A DNA stretch of 64,000 nucleotides from an uncultured Bacteroidia bacterium (lineage in GTDB: Bacteria; Bacteroidota; Bacteroidia; NS11-12g; UBA9320). The DNA lies in NCBI GenBank assembly GCA_943846675.1, contig OX044357.1, forward strand, positions 890,713 through 954,712. The letters are read 5' to 3'. The translations under genes were made by a program, and so were the position numbers. Below, piece after piece: positions 47,884-55,942 of the stretch (positions are counted from its first letter, which is position 1; every line of letters starts with the position of its first letter). The notes beneath the pieces were generated by a model. The model was not told the DNA's origin. It was given only the letters and a program-made list of their open reading frames with translations, and did not search any database.

Positions 47884-48347
47884 AATTCGTATTCATCGTC
47901 GTCCAGATTTTCACGCTCTTTCATGTATGCATCTTTGAGTTTTGCTTTGTATTGTTCAGCATCCCAATTTTCGACTTTATTGTATCTACAATGCTCACAA
48001 AACAAAGGATAATGACGACTTAAGTGCCCTCGACAATCACATTTTATGTCTGTTTCAATTGTGTAGTGAAGGTCGTTGTAGTTGCTGGTTATCTTGGTTG
48101 CACCACAGTCTTGACATTGAAAACCATAATGTATGTTAGGTCCAAAGTATTCCTTGTTGTCTAAAATTGCTTTTTCAGCATCGTTTAACCCAACAGACTT
48201 CTCGGCGTAATCGAGATAACTACCGCCAGAATAACGAACTTTGTTGTCTACGCTTGTTTTGTTTTGGCAGTTTTTACAAGTAAACTCACAATGCCAATGA
48301 AAATCAGTAAAAAACGCAGTTTTGACCATCGTACTCAATTTAAACAA
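47880..48347 (-). CDS. Cys-rich zinc-ribbon hypothetical protein
   Basis: 155 aa with 'CKNCQ', 'CQDCG', 'CDCRGH', 'CEHCR' pairs. Confidence 0.5.
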   Translation of the reverse strand: MFKLSTMVKTAFFTDFHWHCEFTCKNCQNKTSVDNKVRYSGGSYLDYAEKSVGLNDAEKAILDNKEYFGPNIHYGFQCQDCGATKITSNYNDLHYTIETDIKCDCRGHLSRHYPLFCEHCRYNKVENWDAEQYKAKLKDAYMKERENLDDDEYEF

Positions 48348-48681
48348 AAATAAATAGTTGACAGTAAAACTACTGAGGTAGCAACTAATATTTTAGTAGT
48401 GAATTAGCGTCATGTGCCGCCGTCAAAAGCACAGTTAATAAAGTTAGGAAGGCTATGAAAATTAGGCTATCCTAGATAAGTTAATTTAGTTATTGACTCA
48501 AGCAAAATATTACCGGTTTTATTTCATTTTCAATACAATTGTTGTATCGACACATTACCTACAATAGGCGACTAAACGCGTTTTTTAGACGCTTCAACCT
48601 AGTTACGATAACATCCATCTTTATTGAATAGACTATTATGCTTAAGCGCCTCGGTGTTTTACCTATGTTTTACCTTAAAAC

Positions 48682-48714
48682 AAAAAACCCTTGCAAGTGC
48701 TTGACTTACAAGGG
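48682..48714 (-). terminator. rho-independent terminator of tRNA-Lys
   Basis: On the minus strand, a CCCTTGTAAG-N7-CTTGCAAGGG hairpin (one mismatch) followed by T6. Confidence 0.65.
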
Positions 48715-48731
48715 TTTGATGATTGTCTATG

Positions 48732-48804
48732 TGATCCAGCTGGGACTCGAACCCAGGACCACCTCCTTAAAAGGGAGATGCTCTACCAACTGAGCTACTG
48801 AATC
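48732..48804 (-). tRNA. tRNA-Lys (anticodon TTT)
   Basis: Reverse complement folds as acceptor GATTCAG/CTGGATC, D-arm GCTC-AGTTGGTA-GAGC, anticodon arm TCTCC-CTTTTAA-GGAGG, T-arm CTGGG-TTCGAGT-CCCAG. Confidence 0.92.
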
Positions 48805-48897
48805 ATCCAATCAACAGTTATGGGCGAAACCAATTCCGTTTTTTGAGGGTGCAAAAATAGATTTTTTAACAATCAAAACAACATACCTTAAGATTTT

Positions 48898-49983
48898 TTA
48901 AATCTTTTTTTGATATGTGATGTGCGCTTTGATTTCTGCTGCCCCGATAGAGGCCAATAGTTGTAACATTCTTGGGTTAAAATCTCCAATCCAAGCCAAT
49001 TCACTTGTTTGTAAATGTGGGTCTGTTTTTATCAACTTAAAGACCTTCATCATCATTCCAGATGTTATGCCTAAGCCTTGATGGCTGGGGATTACACCGA
49101 ATACTAAGCCTCTTATTTTTGTGACCGGTACGCGTGACTTGAAATACAAGAATTTTAATTTACCAAACCAATTCAGATTGCCATTGAGGTATTTAAAGAT
49201 CTCGTTTACTTCGATTATACTGACGTAAAATGCTACCGGTTTGTCTTTGTCATAGGTGAACCAGATTAAATCTTCTCGCATCACCGGTTTCATCGACTTC
49301 ATTAGTTTTAAAACCTTTTCTTTTGACAATGGCACAAAGTGTTCGTGCTGTTTCCAAGCTGCATTATAAATAGCAGCAAAGTCAGCAGCGTATTTGCGTA
49401 AGTTTTGTTTATCAATATGCTTGATGATTAAGTCGGGATTATTGTCAACCTTTTTAGCCAGCGCGGATATTTTCTTTTCATTAAACCGGTCTGGTGAAAT
49501 CTCTTGAGTCGACTGACGTATCATGATTTCGAAACCGAATGACTTAAAAAATTCTTCGTAATACGCCGGATTGTAGTTCTCTTGATAGCTCGGTTTTTGG
49601 AAACCTTTGACCATCAACCCCCAAAACTTGTCGCGTTCACCATAATTGACCGGTGCCTCAACAATCGATAAGCGGTTAGATTGTAACCAAGTTATACCCG
49701 TTTTGAATAGTAAGTGGGCGGCAGTTTGGTCATTAATGCATTCAAAAAAGCCAAGTCCACCTTTGTCCCCTTTGTTAACAAACGCGGCAATCCTACCAAT
49801 AGCTTCATTGTTGTTCAACAACAACCATATCCCAACTTCATTTGGTGCTTTGTTGTCCCACAATATCTTTTTAATTTCCTGTCGAATATGTGGAATGTAT
49901 TCTGGGTCATTCTTATAGATGCGCTTAGGGACATCTAAGAATGCGCGAAACAGTTTGCTGCTATCTACTTTTACAATTTGCAT
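48898..49983 (-). CDS. hypothetical protein, possibly GNAT-like acyltransferase fold
   Basis: Long ORF (361 aa). Only a weak resemblance to N-acyltransferase proteins. Confidence 0.4.
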   Translation of the reverse strand: MQIVKVDSSKLFRAFLDVPKRIYKNDPEYIPHIRQEIKKILWDNKAPNEVGIWLLLNNNEAIGRIAAFVNKGDKGGLGFFECINDQTAAHLLFKTGITWLQSNRLSIVEAPVNYGERDKFWGLMVKGFQKPSYQENYNPAYYEEFFKSFGFEIMIRQSTQEISPDRFNEKKISALAKKVDNNPDLIIKHIDKQNLRKYAADFAAIYNAAWKQHEHFVPLSKEKVLKLMKSMKPVMREDLIWFTYDKDKPVAFYVSIIEVNEIFKYLNGNLNWFGKLKFLYFKSRVPVTKIRGLVFGVIPSHQGLGITSGMMMKVFKLIKTDPHLQTSELAWIGDFNPRMLQLLASIGAAEIKAHITYQKKI

Positions 49984-50825
49984 AAAATGTCTAACGTTTT
50001 TTGAATCGTTGACGACATGATTTGCTCTGGATTAGATGCAAATTCTCCCGAAAGACGATTTGCCATAATAGCATTAATAGATATGGACTTGTGTCCTAAA
50101 AGTTTACACAGTCCGTAAATACCTGCCGTCTCCATTTCGATGTTGGTAATACACCGACCGTTTATATGCAGGTCGCCTAATTCTGCGATAACATCAGTTG
50201 AAGGAGAGAGTCTAAGCTTCCTGTTTTGTGGAGAGTAGAACCCCCCAGTGGTTAATGTTACTCCCGAAGTAAATGTATTTGAAAATCTATCAACTAATGA
50301 GGCATCTGCTTCAAATACGTAAGGCTTGATCGGTAATTCTGTAAAAGCCAATTTATTTAACCAAGCGGCTTCTTTTGGTGTTGAGTCTGGGAGCTTATAC
50401 CAAGCAAATAGGGATTCTAGCCCAATGGCAACTTCTGTGGCAATTACAGTGCCTATTGGTACGTCATTATTCATACTGCCAGAGGTGCCAATCCGGACTA
50501 TGGTCAACGATGTATGTTCTGTCTTTACTGTTCTTGACTTTAAATCGATATTGAAAAGTGCATCAAGTTCGTTGAGTACAATGTCAATATTGTCTGTCCC
50601 CATTCCGGTGCTCAAACAGGTTATTGCCTTTCCTTTGTATGTGCCCGAATGAATTACGAATTCTCGATTTGATTTGATGATCTCGACATCATCAAAATAT
50701 TGACTGACTATCTTAACACGGTTTGGATCGCCAACGGTAATGATGGTTTTAGCGATGTCCTCTGGCAACACTGCCAAATGGTACACCGAACCGTCAGGGT
50801 TAAGTATTAATTCAGATTCTTGCAA
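49971..50825 (-). CDS. nucleoside phosphorylase (PNP/UDP family)
   Basis: 'ITVGDPNRV', 'STGMGTDNI', 'VRIGTSGS', 'IEMETAG'. Confidence 0.8.
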   Translation of the reverse strand: MQESELILNPDGSVYHLAVLPEDIAKTIITVGDPNRVKIVSQYFDDVEIIKSNREFVIHSGTYKGKAITCLSTGMGTDNIDIVLNELDALFNIDLKSRTVKTEHTSLTIVRIGTSGSMNNDVPIGTVIATEVAIGLESLFAWYKLPDSTPKEAAWLNKLAFTELPIKPYVFEADASLVDRFSNTFTSGVTLTTGGFYSPQNRKLRLSPSTDVIAELGDLHINGRCITNIEMETAGIYGLCKLLGHKSISINAIMANRLSGEFASNPEQIMSSTIQKTLDILCKL

Positions 50826-50873
50826 TTCTTAAAATGTAATAGTACTACTTTTGCGGCAAATAAACACGATTCG

Positions 50874-51773
50874 ATGAACTCAATAAAAACGCCAAAGGAG
50901 AACATTATTTTAGTCCCAACCGATTTATCTACTGCGTCAGCACATGCAATGGACCATGCAGTAGGGATTGCTGAACTGTTCGACAACCAAATAACACTGT
51001 TGTATGTTGTTGAAGAAAGCTTTTTTAAATCTATTTTTAGTGGAGGGATGGAAAAGGCTGTGTTGATAGATACAATCAATGCAAAATTGTTGGAAAAAGC
51101 TGAAGCGATTAAAGCGAGTCACCCAAACCTGACTATCAATACGTTGGTGCGTGAAGGAAAAGTATACAAACAAATTATAGACGTATCTCAAACCTTTGCA
51201 TGTGATAGCATTGTAATGGGATTTAGCGGTGCAAGTGGAATGGAAAGGTTTATGGGAAGTACAACGACCCGTGTACTGAAAAGTTCTGAAGTGCCAGTTG
51301 TTATTGTAAAAGACGTTCGTTCGAACATCAAATATGAAAAAATTGTACTCCCCATTGACTTGACAAAAGAATCACGTCAAAAAGTAGATTGGGCGATACA
51401 TGTGGCTAAGCAATACAACTCTGAAATCCATGTAATTATGGAAATTGAGAAAGATGAATTTTTAGCGAAAAGGTTGAAGGCAAGCTTAAAGCAGGTTGAA
51501 AAGATTTTAGCGAAAAACGGAGTTAACTATACATCTAAAATACTTGATGATACAGACTATCCGGACCATTTCGGCAAAGATGTTGTGCAGTATTCAGACG
51601 AAATATCGGCGGATTTGATCATGATTATGACTCAAAAAGAGGCAGGTGTCCAAGATTATTTAAGAATTGGTTCGTTTGCACGTCATATCATACATGAATC
51701 GAAAAACACACCAGTAATGGCCATCAAGCCTAAACAAACAGTTACCTATTGGGCAACTGAGTCATTCGCTTAA
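50874..51773 (+). CDS. tandem universal stress protein
   Basis: Two USP domains ('ILVPTDLS...', 'IVLPIDLT...'). Start moved from 50820 to ATG 50874 to avoid overlapping the divergent gene. Confidence 0.8.
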   Translation: MNSIKTPKENIILVPTDLSTASAHAMDHAVGIAELFDNQITLLYVVEESFFKSIFSGGMEKAVLIDTINAKLLEKAEAIKASHPNLTINTLVREGKVYKQIIDVSQTFACDSIVMGFSGASGMERFMGSTTTRVLKSSEVPVVIVKDVRSNIKYEKIVLPIDLTKESRQKVDWAIHVAKQYNSEIHVIMEIEKDEFLAKRLKASLKQVEKILAKNGVNYTSKILDDTDYPDHFGKDVVQYSDEISADLIMIMTQKEAGVQDYLRIGSFARHIIHESKNTPVMAIKPKQTVTYWATESFA

Positions 51774-51857
51774 TAGATTATAGATTCTGATTGGTCGACA
51801 TTCGAGGGTAAATACTTGAAAGTAAAATAAATGCCAACAGATTTGCAGGATTGAAAC

Positions 51858-53000
51858 ATGAAGAGATTCTTTAAAATTTTTCTGATTATCGTTTTCGCTG
51901 GGTTGTTCCTGCTAACCTTCTATTATTTGTTTAATAAAGGGAAATCAGTCCCTGTTGAGTATACTACAGAACAAGCATTTGTTTCGTCTATCGTCAAAAA
52001 GACGGTGGCAACGGGCTCTGTTGTTCCACGCAACGAGATTGAGATAAAGCCGCAGCTAAGTGGTATTATCTCAGAACTGTATGTCGAAGCAGGCAAAGAG
52101 ATTAATTACGGAGACTTAATTGCCAAGATTAAGGTAATTCCGAACATGTCTAATCTTAACAATGCGGAAAATCGAGTGAATCGGGCAAAAATATCTTTGG
52201 ATAACGCAGTTAAGGATTACAATCGAAATAAACCATTATTCGACGAAGGGGTAATCTCTCAGCAAGAATTTCAACGGTTCAATTTAGCTTTAAACAACGC
52301 CAAAGAAGAGGTTTCTGCGGCTACAGACAATCTGCGCATTGTCAGAGATGGAGTGTCTTCAAAATCTGGTAAAGCGTCGAACACCTTAGTGCGTTCGACC
52401 ATTGCGGGAACCATACTTGATGTACCGGTTGAAGTAGGTAACTCAGTAATTGAGGCCAACAACTTTAATGCAGGTACGACCATCGCTTTCGTAGCGGATA
52501 TGGATAAAATGGTTTTCGAAGGAAAAGTAGATGAATCTGAGGTAGGTAAGCTTAAACTAGGGATGGACTTGATTTTAACCCTTGGTGCTATCGAAGATCA
52601 AAAGATACCGGCAAAACTGGAGTACATCTCACCAAAAGGGGTTGACGAACAAGGCGCAATTCAGTTTGAGATTAAGGCGGCTATCATCAATAACGACAAT
52701 GTGTTCATAAGAGCGGGTTACAGTGCGAATGCCGACATAGTGCTAGAAAGTAAAGACAGCATATTGGTTATTTCGGAATCCCTCCTGCAATTTGATAAAG
52801 CAAAAAAGCCTTTTATTGAGGTTGAAACTGGAAAGCAGCAATTCGAGAAACAAGATGTTACCTTGGGCATATCTGACGGACTTTTTGTTGAAGTCTTGGG
52901 CGGCGTAACAGCAGAGGATAAAATCAAGTCCAAGCCAAAAGAAACAGCAAAATCAGCTGATCAAGCACCAAGCAAAAAAGGCAGACGCGGGAAACGCTAG
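51858..53000 (+). CDS. efflux transporter periplasmic adaptor subunit (HlyD/MacA-like)
   Basis: N-terminal TM anchor, coiled-coil hairpin region, barrel-sandwich 'IAGTILDVPVEVG'. Confidence 0.85.
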   Translation: MKRFFKIFLIIVFAGLFLLTFYYLFNKGKSVPVEYTTEQAFVSSIVKKTVATGSVVPRNEIEIKPQLSGIISELYVEAGKEINYGDLIAKIKVIPNMSNLNNAENRVNRAKISLDNAVKDYNRNKPLFDEGVISQQEFQRFNLALNNAKEEVSAATDNLRIVRDGVSSKSGKASNTLVRSTIAGTILDVPVEVGNSVIEANNFNAGTTIAFVADMDKMVFEGKVDESEVGKLKLGMDLILTLGAIEDQKIPAKLEYISPKGVDEQGAIQFEIKAAIINNDNVFIRAGYSANADIVLESKDSILVISESLLQFDKAKKPFIEVETGKQQFEKQDVTLGISDGLFVEVLGGVTAEDKIKSKPKETAKSADQAPSKKGRRGKR

Positions 53001-53947
53001 TTTGGTTCCTCTCTACCTAAAAACTTCCCATTAATAGGAAAACTATCTTTTATCGGTTCAAGCGTGTTTGAGGTGAGCAGGTCTAAGTCTGGCTGCCCAG
53101 CATCTACCCAAGCGGTGTACCATAAAGAACCTACGCATAGAACACTTGAACGCATGCGTCGCTCTACCATATTATTTAACCCATTGTGGTATGCACTGCT
53201 GTACTTTTTCGATTGCGTGCGCACTGTTTGCCGGCCGCGTTGCTCAAAAGTATATAAGTGATCATCGCGTATAGCGTCTTGTGATAACTTGTCCAGATAC
53301 AATACTGAATCTACGGCAGAATAGGATTCTTCAAACTTCGACCAGATGGTATTTTCGATATTAAATATATACACCGCTTTGCCCGTAAAGAGGTCATAGG
53401 TGTCACAAAACAACTCAGGTAACCGGGATTCCCAGAACCCATGAATGCCACGCTGGCCTGTGTATTGCCCATTGTAGTTATGCGAGGTATGCAGCGGTAC
53501 ATGCAAATCCCCAACATAATGACCAAGGTCTGCACTTAGCTTTATAATACTTGTAAAATCTCTTTCGATAAATGCTTTTGTTAACCACCATTTGACACGC
53601 ATGACGTGCCATGGAACGATGCCATGTGCCATTAGTGTATCTGTGCCGTACCATGCTATTGCGCTATCGTAATTTCGCGGAATAGTGTCTAAGGGTATAA
53701 CGGATTCGTAATAGTCAGCATCAAGATAATGCCTAGGAGCTTCGTCCTTCAGTAAATATCTGCGTTTGTCGGCCTGAACCGCCAACTCAGTAATGCTTGC
53801 AATGTTTGCCTTATAAAACCCAAACATCTCTGTAGGAAGCGTGTAAACGGCTGCATGATTAATGGTTTTATGGGCAAAGAAACCCCAGCTATTGGCAGAT
53901 ATTGGATACGTGAATAGTCCAACTAAAAGAATGATAAACCGCGACAT
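52997..53947 (-). CDS. zinc-dependent phospholipase C / S1-P1-like family protein
   Basis: Signal peptide. 'WGFFAHKTINHAA' and 'DLHVPLHTSHNYNG' His-rich metal sites. Confidence 0.65.
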   Translation of the reverse strand: MSRFIILLVGLFTYPISANSWGFFAHKTINHAAVYTLPTEMFGFYKANIASITELAVQADKRRYLLKDEAPRHYLDADYYESVIPLDTIPRNYDSAIAWYGTDTLMAHGIVPWHVMRVKWWLTKAFIERDFTSIIKLSADLGHYVGDLHVPLHTSHNYNGQYTGQRGIHGFWESRLPELFCDTYDLFTGKAVYIFNIENTIWSKFEESYSAVDSVLYLDKLSQDAIRDDHLYTFEQRGRQTVRTQSKKYSSAYHNGLNNMVERRMRSSVLCVGSLWYTAWVDAGQPDLDLLTSNTLEPIKDSFPINGKFLGREEPN

Positions 53948-54025
53948 GGTATAAACCTAGCCATATTGTTGTTTTACCTGCGTGATGATTCATTGTGTGA
54001 TGAAGATAGGCAACCGAACGTTGCT

Positions 54026-54754
54026 TTATTTGTCTTCTTGGTCTTTTGGTTTGAACGTAAATGTAACCGTAGGATGTTGCTGACGTTGCATCTCTTCAAG
54101 CGCCCTTTTTTCATTTTCCATGTCAATCCACCATTGAGGCATTTCGTCTTCTTCTTCAAAAGGATCAGGGTCATCCTGCGGGCCAATTTTTCGATACATA
54201 AAGGCTATGCCAATTCCAGATAAGGCCCCAAATAAATGCCCTTCCCATGAAATATTCATGTCTTTTACCCAGCTGTATTGCGGAAATAAACCCCAGATCA
54301 TGCTGCCGTACATAAACACCAAGATAAATGCGACTGCCGTTAAATGTTTGTTTTTGCGGACAAAGCCTGACGTCATTAAAAATGCCACCATACCATAAAC
54401 CAACCCACTAGCGCCGATATGAACGGTGCGCTCCTGTCCGAGCAACCAAATTCCTAAACCGCTGATTAACCATATTCCAATAAAAATGCGCCAGCTCTTG
54501 CTTTTGAAGAAGTGGAAAATGAATGAAGCAGAAACGAGAAAAGGAATGGTATTGGAAAATAAGTGGGTGAAGTCACCATGTAAGAATGGCATGGCTACAA
54601 TTCCTATTAGTCCTGATATTTCGCCGGGGCGAACACCTAAATTGTTCAGGTTTAATAAATATGCTTCGTTGGTAAAGAAAACCAACCAAAAGAAAACCAC
54701 AAATACAGATGGCCACAAGATGTCGTCAACGATTTGGGTAATGAATTTAAGCAT
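54026..54754 (-). CDS. rhomboid-family intramembrane serine protease
   Basis: Multi-TM protein. Catalytic 'GASGLVYG' Ser and 'HLFGALSG' His. Confidence 0.85.
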   Translation of the reverse strand: MLKFITQIVDDILWPSVFVVFFWLVFFTNEAYLLNLNNLGVRPGEISGLIGIVAMPFLHGDFTHLFSNTIPFLVSASFIFHFFKSKSWRIFIGIWLISGLGIWLLGQERTVHIGASGLVYGMVAFLMTSGFVRKNKHLTAVAFILVFMYGSMIWGLFPQYSWVKDMNISWEGHLFGALSGIGIAFMYRKIGPQDDPDPFEEEDEMPQWWIDMENEKRALEEMQRQQHPTVTFTFKPKDQEDK

Positions 54755-54758
54755 TTAG

Positions 54759-55217
54759 TTATTTTGAATTCGAGCTAGTCCAGCCATCACTTTCAGCAAT
54801 GTTGGATAGCATATTGTTAATAACGTCTAGCGTTGAAGGATGTTCACCACGCACGGATACTTTCTTTTTGACGTCTTTGTAATTGAATTGAAAAATGACA
54901 CTTGGAAGGTCGGTAACCTGAGTAGGGTAGGTGTCTTCAAAACTGTTCCAGTCGTAAGTGGCCAGTTGCTTGAAAAGCACTTTGGTTTCTTCCGCTGTCA
55001 ATTGTTTTGTGAAGCTTCCAATTTTGTCTGTGAAACGCTCTCCGTCAAATGTGGCCAAACCATTTCCGGTGATAGTCATTTGGTAAATGGGGCAAGTGCC
55101 AAAGCACGCCGTTTTAGTCAATTGGATGCTGGCAGATTCGGGTACTTGGTTGCGTTTTTTGCAGGCGGAACCTGTGAGCAATACAAGCCCCAACAATAAT
55201 GTGCTGAGGCGTATCAT
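54759..55217 (-). CDS. lipoprotein, DUF6438-like
   Basis: Lipobox 'LLTGSACKK' and 'CFGTCPIY' motif. Confidence 0.5.
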   Translation of the reverse strand: MIRLSTLLLGLVLLTGSACKKRNQVPESASIQLTKTACFGTCPIYQMTITGNGLATFDGERFTDKIGSFTKQLTAEETKVLFKQLATYDWNSFEDTYPTQVTDLPSVIFQFNYKDVKKKVSVRGEHPSTLDVINNMLSNIAESDGWTSSNSK

Positions 55218-55219
55218 AT

Positions 55220-55879
55220 CTAGCTTTTGGTTAAGTCAATGACAACAACACCTGGTTTGCTTTTTGTGTCAAACTTAAAGAAGGTGTCGTTCATGGTTAA
55301 ATTCGCTTGAAAGCTTTTGATACTGTAAGTTGCGTTAACGCCGTTTTTGTTCAAAACAGACATATTGACAACCTTATGAGACGCTTTATCGATGTCTAAT
55401 TTGACCTTAAAGTAAGGTTTTGATTTATTCGTTGGGGTTAATTCGATTTTCTGAATCTTTTTACCTCCAACCAAGGTTTCTCCAACATATTTTGAGTTAA
55501 ATCCTTTCTTGTAGATGGTGAAGATTTCTGACGGGTTAATGTCTTGCGCATTGGCGTCAAATTTGGTAATCTGTACTTCGTTTTCTTCTTTGAAGTACGT
55601 CCACATCGTTTTGCCATCACAGTAAATCTCCTGATCTGATAAAGTAATCTTGAATTTCTTTCCTTTCAAATACAGGGTGCCATTCTGCTTAATTTTTGAC
55701 TTCGTTTGGGTATTGTTAATTGTAATAGAAAAACCAGCTTTAATGGTTTTGTAAGTTTGGTAGGTCGTACTTACTTTTCCAAGAATCCGATTAGCGGTAG
55801 CGTCTTGAGCTGTCAAGTGCTGGGACCCAACAATAAAAAGTGCAATCAACGAAAGTGTTATGGTGATGTTTTTTCTCAT
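55220..55879 (-). CDS. lolA: outer-membrane lipoprotein carrier protein LolA-like
   Basis: Signal peptide from the internal ATG ('MRKNITITLSLIALFIVGS'). LolA-like size and pattern. Immediately downstream of ftsK, a widely conserved linkage. Confidence 0.7.
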   Translation of the reverse strand: MRKNITITLSLIALFIVGSQHLTAQDATANRILGKVSTTYQTYKTIKAGFSITINNTQTKSKIKQNGTLYLKGKKFKITLSDQEIYCDGKTMWTYFKEENEVQITKFDANAQDINPSEIFTIYKKGFNSKYVGETLVGGKKIQKIELTPTNKSKPYFKVKLDIDKASHKVVNMSVLNKNGVNATYSIKSFQANLTMNDTFFKFDTKSKPGVVVIDLTKS

Positions 55880-55942
55880 TTCAATTCTTTTGTGCCAATT
55901 TGTAAAGGTGGTTGTTACCATTCCAAATTTACAGGTGCAAAG

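Noticed and set aside
17031-48731. Prophage or ICE interpretation of the island
   Set aside because: No integrase, capsid, tail or terminase genes, relaxase, or type IV secretion genes are visible. Only IS transposases are present.
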